From positions 188,604 to 252,603 of IMG/VR virus record IMGVR_UViG_3300020810_001156: a stretch of DNA of 64,000 bases; one strand, given 5' to 3'. The notes below the pieces were generated by a model, which worked only from the letters and a program-made list of their open reading frames with translations, did no database searches and had not been told where the DNA came from. The position numbers and the translations under genes are program-made. Below, in pieces: positions 48,701-59,684 of this stretch. Position 1 is the stretch's first letter. Each line of letters begins with the position of its first letter.

Positions 48701-49238
48701 TTTATTTGGAGGACCAGGCATAGGAAAATCAGGCATATCAGCTGGATTAACTTATGAATTAAAGAAAAGACATATTAGTTGTAATAACCCATATGAGTTT
48801 CCAAAGAGATTAGCATGGGATAACAACATACCAGCGATACAAGACCAATTGTATGTATTCGCTAACCAACATAGAGGAATCGCAGAATCCTTTGGTAAAG
48901 TAGATTATATCGTTATTGATTCACCAATTCTATTTTCTACAATTTATCACACATATTATACTGAAGGGTATCCTGCTGAGTTTTATGGTGAAGAGTTTCA
49001 CAAATTTGTGATTCATCTTCACAAACAATACACAAGTATCAATATTCTTTTGGAAAGAGGTGATACAATTCACAATGATGATGAAAGATTCCAAAATCTA
49101 AAACAATCATTGGAGATAGATGATTTGTGTAAAAAAATATTAAAAGATAATGATGAAACTTATCACACAATCAAAGTAGATGAGTTTACTGTTGAAAAGA
49201 TTTTAACATTATTGGATTTAAATAATGAAAAAAGATAA
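48684..49238 (+). CDS. P-loop NTPase (NadR/AAA_28-like)
   Basis: INLFGGPGIGKS, IDSP, R.Q. Confidence 0.75.
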   Translation: MSKLINLFGGPGIGKSGISAGLTYELKKRHISCNNPYEFPKRLAWDNNIPAIQDQLYVFANQHRGIAESFGKVDYIVIDSPILFSTIYHTYYTEGYPAEFYGEEFHKFVIHLHKQYTSINILLERGDTIHNDDERFQNLKQSLEIDDLCKKILKDNDETYHTIKVDEFTVEKILTLLDLNNEKR

Positions 49239-49430
49239 ACGCTGGAATAGGGAAATGAAAAGGTATCGTATCATTGAACACAAACATCGGGATAAATCTG
49301 TGTTCATTGTTGAGTGGAATGATAGATGGTTTTTAGGATTGTGGGGAAGATGGCATGGTAAATTTCAGAGTTTAAAAATTGAAGAAGCTATTTCTAAAAT
49401 ACAAAGATTAGTACACATTAAAATAAATAA

Positions 49431-50333
49431 ATGAGAATAGTAGTTACAGGCGGTTGTGGGTTTATTGGTTCATCTTTTGTAAATCTTATAAATAAAGTTC
49501 CAAATACTGAAATAGTTGTTATAGATAAATTAACCTATGCAGCTAATCCATTTTTAATTTCCAAAGATATACCTCTTATTAAAAAAGATATTTGTGATAT
49601 CACTTTAGATGATATTGGATATGCTGATTATATTGTAAACTTTGCTGCTGAATCTCATGTTGATAATTCAATCTCAAATGGATTACCTTTTGTGAAAACT
49701 AATGTAGAAGGTACATTCAATATGTTAGAGGTTGCTAGAAAAATTCCTAACCTAAAGAAGTTCATTCAAATATCTACTGATGAGGTTTATGGTGATATGG
49801 AAAGTAGAAATATTATGGAAGCTAATGAAAACACATCATTAGAACCATCCTCTTATTATTCAGCTACTAAAGCAGCAGCTGACCATTTAGTTGAATCTGC
49901 TGGTAGAACTTATGGTTTACCTTATTTAATTACGAGAACTTGTAACAATTATGGTGTAAATCAACACCACGAAAAATTCTTACCTACAATAGCTAAATCA
50001 ATCAAAGAAGATAAACCAATTCCTCTTTATGGAGATGGTAAACAAATGAGAGAGTGGATTTGGGTTGAAGATAATGTTCAATTGATTTATGATTTGATGA
50101 TATCACAAAACGGAATATGGAATATTGGTAGTGGAGATACTTGGACTAATAGAAGTATCGTTCAACAAATTGGAGTGATTCTAAATAAAAAAGTAAAGTT
50201 AGAGCATGTTGAAGATAGATTAGGACATGATAGAAGGTACTCAATAAATTTCAGTAAATTGATGCACTTCAAAAATAGCTATAACATAACCACAAAAAAT
50301 TTAGAAAAATTTCTTACAGAAACATTTGGATAA
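49431..50333 (+). CDS. rfbB: dTDP-glucose 4,6-dehydratase
   Basis: DKLTYA, FAAESHVD, STDEVYG, YSATK, NNYG, DRLGHDRRY. Confidence 0.92.
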   Translation: MRIVVTGGCGFIGSSFVNLINKVPNTEIVVIDKLTYAANPFLISKDIPLIKKDICDITLDDIGYADYIVNFAAESHVDNSISNGLPFVKTNVEGTFNMLEVARKIPNLKKFIQISTDEVYGDMESRNIMEANENTSLEPSSYYSATKAAADHLVESAGRTYGLPYLITRTCNNYGVNQHHEKFLPTIAKSIKEDKPIPLYGDGKQMREWIWVEDNVQLIYDLMISQNGIWNIGSGDTWTNRSIVQQIGVILNKKVKLEHVEDRLGHDRRYSINFSKLMHFKNSYNITTKNLEKFLTETFG

Positions 50334-50356
50334 TTCAAATATTTTTCTTATATTAG
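50325..50356 (+). promoter_or_regulatory. Bacteroidota-type promoter
   Basis: TTTG-N20-TATATTAG followed by TGTAATTG, as in the 36 kb repeats. Confidence 0.7.
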
Positions 50357-50382
50357 AGTTGTAATTGTAAAAAGACCTTAAT

Positions 50383-50724
50383 ATGAGTAAAGTAATTGGA
50401 ACAAAGTACGGAATTGAGATTACCAAACCTTGGAATCAAAAGATGTACGATTGGAACGAATTAGTTGGAAAGCTAATTAAAATTGATTTGTATAATAAAT
50501 TAGAAGAGTTCTACAAAAAAGGTGATAAAGCTGGTATGAACAAAATTGCTAATTCATTCGGACCTTCTTATGGTGATGGTTATGATATTGATGCAGTATT
50601 CGATGGTGTATTTGAAGATATTGCACAACTTCAAAATTATCAAATCAATGAAGAGTTGGAATACTTAGTAAAAGATGGATTAGTTAAAGAACCAAAGTAC
50701 GGATTTGTTGGATACGATAAATAA
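50383..50724 (+). CDS. Hypothetical protein
   Basis: ORF directly after a promoter. Confidence 0.55.
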   Translation: MSKVIGTKYGIEITKPWNQKMYDWNELVGKLIKIDLYNKLEEFYKKGDKAGMNKIANSFGPSYGDGYDIDAVFDGVFEDIAQLQNYQINEELEYLVKDGLVKEPKYGFVGYDK

Positions 50725-51217
50725 AAGTTATGAGTTTAAGAGATACAGTAAAAGATTGGTTAAAGGAGGGTAAAGAAATTAAAGCTCCAAATCCTCTTTG
50801 TTCGAAAAGATTGGTTATTAAAAATCTAAATCAGATTCAACAACTATTGGAAGAAGATTCTCCAATGATTGCAAAAATGAGAATAGAGATGTTGATATCT
50901 GATATTGAAAATGGTAAATTAAACGCAGGAGAACTATAAGAGTGGAATATCTAATTTACATCGGCTTATACTTGTTTATAACTGGTTCAATAATATTTTG
51001 GGCAGTAATAAACGCACCAATGGTTGATGATGATTATAAAATTATAGAAGAATCAAAATGGCAAAAATGGAAAAAACGGAGAAAAAAGTAAGACAGTATA
51101 GAAGTAGACAAGGTAGAAGTGATAAACAATATGAATCATCTATGAAGGCAATGACTTATGGCTGTGGTTTATTTTTAGTTATTCTTATAGTTTATGGTAT
51201 TGTAAATACACTTATGA

Positions 51218-51715
51218 ATGTATTGGGTTAAACGAAAAATCCAACAAATCAAAAGGGTGATTGATTTTTTCCCTTTAATTTGGAATGGGTTTGATTTTGA
51301 TTATCGTTATGCATTAGACCTTTTCAAAAAACAATTGGAAAGGCAAGTTAAGTTTATGGAATCCGATAGAGCAATGACTTTAGAGGCTAAAAACAATGCT
51401 AATAAAATCAAAACTGCAATCCAATTGATGGATAAAGTTTATGATGGGGAATATGCAATGGAGTATCATTCTACAATAGATAAACTCTATGGAACAACAC
51501 ATTATGATTTTGAAGAATTGGATAAGTTAGATGAAAATGGAGAACCTTTGTATCGAATGAAACTTTGGAATGAGAATGCAGTTGATGATTCTCATCAGAA
51601 AGAGATTGATGAGGTTCGAACCGAAATGATGTTATTAGGTAGAGATAAACAAAGGAGAGCACATAAACTACTTTGGGATTTTATAGAACATAATATACAA
51701 AGATGGTGGGATTGA
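51218..51715 (+). CDS. Hypothetical phage protein
   Basis: P.IW..FDFDY...WWD C-terminus. Confidence 0.55.
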   Translation: MYWVKRKIQQIKRVIDFFPLIWNGFDFDYRYALDLFKKQLERQVKFMESDRAMTLEAKNNANKIKTAIQLMDKVYDGEYAMEYHSTIDKLYGTTHYDFEELDKLDENGEPLYRMKLWNENAVDDSHQKEIDEVRTEMMLLGRDKQRRAHKLLWDFIEHNIQRWWD

Positions 51716-51942
51716 TATGGGAAATATGAATAGTCAATTACCTGTTGTGGTGGTTCACAAAGGGCCTCGTAAAAACTCTAAAATACATTTAGAGGTCTTT
51801 GAAAATACCAGAGTTGATGATATTATATCAACAACAAAAAGGAAACCTCTGATACCAAAGGATAATGAAATATTAGACTTAGGTGTTGGTGAAAGTTTCA
51901 TTGAAAAATATAAACACAAACATAAATTAAAATAAAAGTATT

Positions 51943-52524
51943 GTGAAAAACCTAATAGTAATAGGACATCCTAACAAAGATTCATTTTGCTATAATGGTA
52001 TTATGAAAACCATTAAACGGGAACTTCGTAAACACAATGAACCAATCAAAGTTATTGATTTGTATAGAGATTCCTTTGCGAGACCAAGAACCGATTTGGT
52101 TAAAAGATATCAAGAATTAGTAACTTGGTCAGATAGAATTTATTTTATCTCACCAGTTTGGTGGTTTAGATTAACTCCACGAATGGAAGTATTCTTTGAT
52201 GAAGTATTCACACCAGGATTTGCTTATAACTTTGTAAACATTACAAAATTATATGCTTATCCTAAACCACATTTAAGTGATAAAAAAGTTAGAACTTATA
52301 TCACACATGGAGCACCTTCATTACCAGTTAGAACTTTGTATCTTAACTCAGTCAAACTAAGATTGGTGTTGGGTGTATTTACTTTTGTATTTGGTTGGAA
52401 GTTGGGTAGATGGAGAAAAACTAAACAATTTTGGTCAGTACCATTTGTATCTGATGAAAAGAGAAGAAAGTACTTACAACGAGTTAAAAAAGATGTTAGA
52501 AAAGATTTAAAGTTTGAAATATGA
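51943..52524 (+). CDS. Flavodoxin-fold NAD(P)H:quinone oxidoreductase (MdaB-like)
   Basis: GHPNKDSF, IDLY, PVWW, D.VF.PGFAY. Confidence 0.85.
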   Translation: MKNLIVIGHPNKDSFCYNGIMKTIKRELRKHNEPIKVIDLYRDSFARPRTDLVKRYQELVTWSDRIYFISPVWWFRLTPRMEVFFDEVFTPGFAYNFVNITKLYAYPKPHLSDKKVRTYITHGAPSLPVRTLYLNSVKLRLVLGVFTFVFGWKLGRWRKTKQFWSVPFVSDEKRRKYLQRVKKDVRKDLKFEI

Positions 52525-52886
52525 TAGGTGGAGTACAACCAAAAGTATTACTAACTCAAGATGAGGATGGTAATTTGAAATTAGATGAAAACTTTAAGGA
52601 AATGATTTATGGTGACCCAAAAATGAATTGGAAATTGGTTAGAGAAAGAGATGGATTAACCAAAGAATCCAATGGTATTATGTGGATTGAATTCAATGAA
52701 GAAGGAAGAGGTAAATCGAAACACGAAGAACCAGCAATTGGTAGAAGTTTAATCATGTCTCCATTCAATGATTTCTTTACTTGGCAAACCACTACAATCA
52801 CCGAAATTGTGGAACAAACTAATAATTATATTAAGTTCAAAACAATGAACTCTAACTACGAATTATTTAAATTAGAAAATGAGTAA
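52521..52886 (+). CDS. Hypothetical protein
   Basis: WQTT...F.T.NS.YEL motif. Confidence 0.5.
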   Translation: MIGGVQPKVLLTQDEDGNLKLDENFKEMIYGDPKMNWKLVRERDGLTKESNGIMWIEFNEEGRGKSKHEEPAIGRSLIMSPFNDFFTWQTTTITEIVEQTNNYIKFKTMNSNYELFKLENE

Positions 52887-53553
52887 AAAGACTTGTGTTT
52901 TATTATCAGGTCAGTTAAGAGAAGCTACCCATTATTATAAAAACATTAAGAAAAATCTTATTGATGTTTATAACGCTGATGTTTTTATTTCTACTTGGGA
53001 AAATTCTGGTAGAGATTGTTCAATCGAAGATGTGGTTGATTTATATAAACCAATAGCTTATGAAGTTGAAAATGAAAATCTTCAATTTTTAAAACAAATG
53101 GTTTCCCCATATGAGTGGAGAAAGCCAGATACAGCTACTGATTCAGTATCAACATTTGCTATGTTCTATAAAATATTGAGAGTACATAGATTAAAACATA
53201 TCCACGATAGTATGCGATTGGATAAATATGATACTGTAATTAGATGTAGATTTGATTTAGAAATAAATTCTCCTATTACATTGATAGAACCAAAAGAAAA
53301 TACACTATACATTCCAAAAGGATGGGATTGGCATAAAGGTTATAATGATTTATTTGCATTAGGTGATTCTAAAGTTATGAATTACTATTCAAATATATTC
53401 TATCATTTATTGGGGTTATTGGATGAAGGTTATATGTTACATCCAGAATATTTATTAAAAACATATTTAGATAAATCAGTATTTAATATAGAAAGACCAT
53501 TAATGGATATATCATTATTAGGTAGAAAAATATTTGAACACGGAGTCAATTAA
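52879..53553 (+). CDS. Putative glycosyltransferase (SGQLR / RFD family)
   Basis: LSGQLR, DVFISTW, RCRFDL, NDLFA, HPE. Confidence 0.6.
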   Translation: MSKKTCVLLSGQLREATHYYKNIKKNLIDVYNADVFISTWENSGRDCSIEDVVDLYKPIAYEVENENLQFLKQMVSPYEWRKPDTATDSVSTFAMFYKILRVHRLKHIHDSMRLDKYDTVIRCRFDLEINSPITLIEPKENTLYIPKGWDWHKGYNDLFALGDSKVMNYYSNIFYHLLGLLDEGYMLHPEYLLKTYLDKSVFNIERPLMDISLLGRKIFEHGVN

Positions 53554-53565
53554 AAACAAAAACAA

Positions 53566-54393
53566 ATGAGTAACATAGAAAAACAATATCAAGGTATCCT
53601 CAGAAAGTTGGTACTTTATGGAAAAGAAAAGGGAGATAGAACTGGAACTGGAACTCTATCTTACTTTGGGGAACAAATCAGACACAATATGGCTGATGGA
53701 TTTCCACTTCTTACTACAAAGAAGATGGCTATTAAATCTGTAATGACTGAACTAAAATGGTTTCTAAAAGGAAGAACTGATATCCAATATTTGAGAGATA
53801 ATAATTGTAAAATTTGGGATGGTGATTATGAAAAGAGTGGTAGAACCGATGGAACATTAGGGCCAATCTATGGTAAGCAATGGAGAGATTGGGATGGTAG
53901 ACAAGAACGGGATGGTTCTTATGATATGAGCCTTGACCAAATTGCTAATCTGATATTTCTATTGAAAAGAAATCCAGACTCAAGGCGTTTAATGGTTAAT
54001 GCTTGGAATGTAGGTGAGTTAAATGAAATGGTTCTACCACCTTGCCACTACGGATTCCAATGTTATGTATCTGAAGGTAAACTATCTCTAATGTGGAATC
54101 AGAGAAGTGTAGATACGTTCTTAGGTTTACCATTTAACATTGCAAGTTATGGAACACTACTCCTTTTATTATGTGAAGAGACAGGGTTACAACCTGGTGA
54201 ACTGATTGGGAACTTAGGTGATGTACATTTATATAAGAATCACATTCAACAAGCAAAAGAACAAATTGTAAGAGAACCATATAAGTTACCAACTATTGAA
54301 CTTTCAAATGTGGATATACTTAAAGGAGAGTTCGATTACGAAATCAAAGATTATGAATATCACCCAAGTATAAAGGCACCATTAAGTAACTAA
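53566..54393 (+). CDS. thyA: Thymidylate synthase
   Basis: DRTGTGT, FPLLTTKK, LPPCH, QRSVD..LGLPFN, D.H.Y.NH. Confidence 0.96.
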   Translation: MSNIEKQYQGILRKLVLYGKEKGDRTGTGTLSYFGEQIRHNMADGFPLLTTKKMAIKSVMTELKWFLKGRTDIQYLRDNNCKIWDGDYEKSGRTDGTLGPIYGKQWRDWDGRQERDGSYDMSLDQIANLIFLLKRNPDSRRLMVNAWNVGELNEMVLPPCHYGFQCYVSEGKLSLMWNQRSVDTFLGLPFNIASYGTLLLLLCEETGLQPGELIGNLGDVHLYKNHIQQAKEQIVREPYKLPTIELSNVDILKGEFDYEIKDYEYHPSIKAPLSN

Positions 54394-54603
54394 TATGGGT
54401 TTAGAACTAAAATCAATTGATGATAATAATATAGAGGTTTACTCTAATTTAAAATTGGCAGGAACTATTATAAGACCAGAAATACCTACTCATCCTGATG
54501 GAACCTTTAAGTGGTTCTTTAAACCCAATAAAGATTGTGGTTGTGTTTGGACAGATGTAAGTTTATTAGAATTGGGAACTATAATTAAAAAGATGAATCA
54601 AAA

Positions 54604-54786
54604 ATGAAAAAATTCAAAAGAAGTAAATTAAATAGAAAATTAAGTGGAATTTGTGGAGGATTGGGTGATTACTTTGATACTGACCCATTACTTTGGAGAT
54701 TATTATTTGTATTACTATTCTTTATCCCCGCAATTCCAATTTTTATTCTATACATCATAACAACATTAATAACTGAATCCGAATGA
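54604..54786 (+). CDS. pspC: PspC-domain membrane protein
   Basis: RS..NR.LSGICGGLGDYF..DP...RLLFV. Confidence 0.85.
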   Translation: MKKFKRSKLNRKLSGICGGLGDYFDTDPLLWRLLFVLLFFIPAIPIFILYIITTLITESE

Positions 54787-55298
54787 AACCATTAAAAGAA
54801 GCAACGCACGATAAACACAAAGAGGCTGAAAGAATGTTGTTCAACACTAAAATGTTCAAAGGTGAATTAAGTGTAGAACAATATACAAAGTATCTTCTTT
54901 CACAATTAGAAATCTTCTCAACTATTGAAGAAAACTTTGAAATGCCACACAATGGATTGAGAAGAAAAGAAGCAGTTATGAAAGATTTAAAAGGAATGGG
55001 TGTAAGACAATTAGAAATCTCAGACCCTGCTACTTTAAATTATACTACATATCTGAGAGGATTATCACAAGAGGATATTAATCCACATATTTATCTTAAC
55101 TATCTTGCGATTATGTTTGGTGGACAGATGATGAAAAAAAATACACCCGGTCCTGGTAATATGTATGATTTCGATAACATGATGGAGTCAATGCAATCAG
55201 TTAGAAATATACAAAAAGATGAGTGGGCAGATGAAGTGAATCGTGGATTTGATTTTATGATTGATATATTTAAAGAGTTAGAAAAATGTATAAACTAA
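54783..55298 (+). CDS. Heme oxygenase (Ho1/HemO-like)
   Basis: LKEAT.DKH..AE, L.R......DL, H.Y..YLA.MFGGQ. Confidence 0.88.
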   Translation: MKPLKEATHDKHKEAERMLFNTKMFKGELSVEQYTKYLLSQLEIFSTIEENFEMPHNGLRRKEAVMKDLKGMGVRQLEISDPATLNYTTYLRGLSQEDINPHIYLNYLAIMFGGQMMKKNTPGPGNMYDFDNMMESMQSVRNIQKDEWADEVNRGFDFMIDIFKELEKCIN

Positions 55299-55957
55299 AA
55301 GATAGAATATTCCATCATTCAGAAAAGTTCAAAAATCTAATTGAACAACAAGAGGGTGTTCAGTTAATTGATACTGATGATTATGGTTGGGAAAACTATC
55401 GTTATGAAAATGATAGATTCAGACTTGCCCATGTTGAACGATATTCTCATATGGGATTGGAGGTTGTACACATAACTTGTTTTCCAAGAGAAAACTCAAA
55501 GATGCCTGTTTTTGGATTTGATGTAGTTGGATATCAAAACGATGAAAAAGAAATGTCAAAAATTAGTGGAGTGTTTATTGATTGGTCACCAATCTTAACT
55601 CACGATAAATGGCACGATACTCAATGGAACAAAGATAGAAAGTTACCTTATTGGGCAACTGTATTTTCAGAAGATTTTATAGCAGTAAGACCTACTGAAG
55701 ATGAATACGAAAAAGTATTCGAAGTTGGGTTTGATGCATTCGAAAGATGGTTAGAAAGATTAAATACCGATGAGGATTTAACTGATGATGTAAGTGAGAT
55801 TGAACAAATTATTGAAAGGCAAAACACTTATTGTGAACATCAAGCATCAAACAAACGAACAATGGGTGCTTTAACTGCTAACATTGGAGAGGAAAAAGCA
55901 AGACATTTTATGACAGAAGTTCTATTCCCTAAGATAAAAACTGACAATTTGTCATAA
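55286..55957 (+). CDS. Ferredoxin-dependent bilin reductase (PcyA/PcyX-like)
   Basis: FRLAHVE, VVHITCFP, PVFGFDVV, DWSP, R.LP.W..VFS, Q..YC..Q..N..T...L, FM.EVLFP. Confidence 0.85.
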   Translation: MYKLKDRIFHHSEKFKNLIEQQEGVQLIDTDDYGWENYRYENDRFRLAHVERYSHMGLEVVHITCFPRENSKMPVFGFDVVGYQNDEKEMSKISGVFIDWSPILTHDKWHDTQWNKDRKLPYWATVFSEDFIAVRPTEDEYEKVFEVGFDAFERWLERLNTDEDLTDDVSEIEQIIERQNTYCEHQASNKRTMGALTANIGEEKARHFMTEVLFPKIKTDNLS

Positions 55958-55967
55958 TTGAGGATTA

Positions 55968-55999
55968 TTTGGAATTGTGGAATAAATTTCGTATATTAG
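55968..55999 (+). promoter_or_regulatory. Bacteroidota-type promoter upstream of the groES/groEL unit
   Basis: TTTG-N20-TATATTAG. Confidence 0.7.
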
Positions 56000-56004
56000 T
56001 AGAT

Positions 56005-56268
56005 ATGTTTAACGCAGAAGAAATTAAAACAGTAGAAGGTTTCAAAAGACATTTTGGTGAACCTAAAGAAGGAATGTTAATCGATTTAACTCAAGAGTTC
56101 ATTGAAGCATACCATAGACATGGGGTTGACCCATTTGAATTGGTAGATGGATTTGGATTGGATTGGGTTCAACTAATAATGAATTACAATGAAGATGTAG
56201 AAGAATATGAATTATGCGCAATCTTCAGAGATTTAATAAATGATTATATAAAAATAAAAACAAAGTAA
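56005..56268 (+). CDS. Hypothetical protein with a UVR-like tail
   Basis: EEYELCAIFRD; the track start at 55969 lies inside the promoter, so ATG 56005 is preferred. Confidence 0.55.
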   Translation: MFNAEEIKTVEGFKRHFGEPKEGMLIDLTQEFIEAYHRHGVDPFELVDGFGLDWVQLIMNYNEDVEEYELCAIFRDLINDYIKIKTK

Positions 56269-56277
56269 ATTAAGTTT

Positions 56278-56568
56278 ATGGCAAATATTGGTAAACCCCT
56301 TGCAGATAGGGTTCTTCTTAAATTAGAAGATGTATCTGAATCAAAATCAAGTGGTGGTATTATACTCAACACAACCACACAAACCATTCAAACTGCGGAA
56401 GTAGTTGAAGTATCCGATGGATTTATTGGAAACAATGGTGAATTAATCAAATTAAGTGTAAATAGAGGTGATAAAGTTCTCATCAATAACGGAGCTGGGC
56501 AAAAGGTAAAGTTAGATGGAGTAGATTATCACTTAGTTAGAGAATCAGAAATTTTAATGGTAGTATAA
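56278..56568 (+). CDS. groES: Co-chaperonin GroES
   Basis: PLADRV, SGGIIL, GDKVL, RESEIL. Confidence 0.92.
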   Translation: MANIGKPLADRVLLKLEDVSESKSSGGIILNTTTQTIQTAEVVEVSDGFIGNNGELIKLSVNRGDKVLINNGAGQKVKLDGVDYHLVRESEILMVV

Positions 56569-58197
<1,629 letters not shown>

Positions 58198-58224
58198 TAT
58201 CGCATATTCCGATATCCGATATTC

Positions 58225-58256
58225 AAAAGGGAGGACGGTTGGTTCTCCCTTTTTTT
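58225..58256 (+). terminator. Rho-independent terminator
   Basis: AAAAGGGAG...CTCCCTTTTTTT. Confidence 0.75.
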
Positions 58257-58334
58257 ATGTCCAAATTGTTAAATTTTTACAATTTCTTTACAATTTCTTA
58301 ACATTGGATATACTTATATATAAAGGAGGATATT

Positions 58335-58688
58335 ATGTTAAATCGAAAAAGAGTATTTTACCTCCTCTTTATTACATTCATTCTTACTATTGGAAATGTG
58401 TTTGGTCAAGAAAGAGTTATTCATCAAATTGATGATAATTTGTATTCTTACAAGTATGTAAATGAAGAAGGAGAAGTAACACAAAAAGGCTTCTACAAAA
58501 AAGTAGATAATGTATTCAGACCGCATGGAATTTGGAGTGATTTTGTGGGAACAAAGGCTGAATACAAAGAAGGTATTATGGTATGGATTAAACCAAAAGG
58601 TGATAAAAAGTACACATATAAAGACCTAGAAATCCAAAGATTGAGGAATCGAATCACAAGATTGGAGAAAAAAATTACCTCATTATAA
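58335..58688 (+). CDS. Secreted MORN-variant-like small protein
   Basis: Signal peptide; G.V.QKG.Y...HG.W; strong AAAGGAGG upstream. Confidence 0.5.
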   Translation: MLNRKRVFYLLFITFILTIGNVFGQERVIHQIDDNLYSYKYVNEEGEVTQKGFYKKVDNVFRPHGIWSDFVGTKAEYKEGIMVWIKPKGDKKYTYKDLEIQRLRNRITRLEKKITSL

Positions 58689-58728
58689 CACACAAAACTT
58701 CATAATTGTTTATTGTAATATATAAAAG

Positions 58729-58752
58729 ACCCTACTTCGGTAGGGTTTTTTA
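58729..58752 (+). terminator. Rho-independent terminator
   Basis: ACCCTAC-TTCG-GTAGGGT-TTTTT. Confidence 0.85.
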
Positions 58753-58839
58753 TTTTATTTCCATATTTATTTTTGGAATTCCGATGTTTTTGAAAAGGGA
58801 GAAGTTATATCGACTTTAATTAAAACAAAGGAGAACATT

Positions 58840-59076
58840 ATGGACTTTCTTAAAAAGATTGGCTCTTGGGCTAATCAACTTGTAGAAGTAGGTACAACTC
58901 TAATTGCATTAGGTGTAGTTTTTGAAGTACTATTTAAAGGGATGAGCATTCCGTTCTGGCCAAACATTTCTGTAGTAGATAATATTATGGGAATCATCGG
59001 TGGATTATCTGCTGAAGGATTGGTTGGATTAGTAGGGGCATTCGTTCTTTACCACATCCTTAAAAAGAAGGATTAA
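58840..59076 (+). CDS. Small two-TM membrane protein
   Basis: Hydrophobic helices; GLVGLVG. Confidence 0.6.
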   Translation: MDFLKKIGSWANQLVEVGTTLIALGVVFEVLFKGMSIPFWPNISVVDNIMGIIGGLSAEGLVGLVGAFVLYHILKKKD

Positions 59077-59111
59077 GTTAACCAATAAAGGTTAAGAAGA
59101 AATAGCTATTT

Positions 59112-59146
59112 GAAACCCTCAACTTATGTTGGGGGTTTCTTTTTTT
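59112..59146 (+). terminator. Rho-independent terminator
   Basis: GAAACCCTCAAC-TTAT-GTTGGGGGTTTC-TTTTTTT. Confidence 0.8.
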
Positions 59147-59174
59147 GTAATATTTATATACAAAGAATAAAAGA

Positions 59175-59663
59175 ATGGCATTACCAGCATCAGGACAATT
59201 AGGACTATCTCAGATAAATTCTGAGTTAGGTAGAACTGCATCTTCACAAATCTCTTTGGATACTGCTGAAAATGGTGGATATGGTGCAATTAATAGAAAC
59301 TCTCGAAGTTATCCAAATGCAACAAATCCTGCTTCAGTATCAGAATGGTATTCCTATAACCACAGTGCAGGTGGTGGTGGTGGTGGAGGACTTACTGCAA
59401 TTGATTTGGGATATTCAGGTAGAGCTGAGGATTCTAATTTTGGTGAACTTGAAGCATGTAGTGAATTCTCTTCAGAACGAACACCAACCTATTACAACGC
59501 AAGTGGTGGTGACTGGTGGAATGTACCGATTTTCTCAAACAGCGCTGGAAGTGTTTATGCTACAGCGGGTTGGTATTCTGACCAACCTTATGCTGGTGGA
59601 TTTACTGTTAGATATTGGAGAGGTTCAAGTTGGTCTTCCGAAGCAGCACTTTGTACACTTTAA
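59175..59663 (+). CDS. Small virion/tail-tip-like protein
   Basis: [15 protein letters not shown]-terminus, Gly-rich linker, variable C-domain (resembles fibre-tip adhesins). Confidence 0.55.
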   Translation: MALPASGQLGLSQINSELGRTASSQISLDTAENGGYGAINRNSRSYPNATNPASVSEWYSYNHSAGGGGGGGLTAIDLGYSGRAEDSNFGELEACSEFSSERTPTYYNASGGDWWNVPIFSNSAGSVYATAGWYSDQPYAGGFTVRYWRGSSWSSEAALCTL

Positions 59664-59684
59664 TTTATACTTATATTTATATAC

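Noticed and set aside
54783-55957. Cyanophage assignment based on ho1/pcyA-like genes
   Set aside because: No photosystem or hli genes here; promoters, DUF4494 and the T9SS-like cargo point to Bacteroidota
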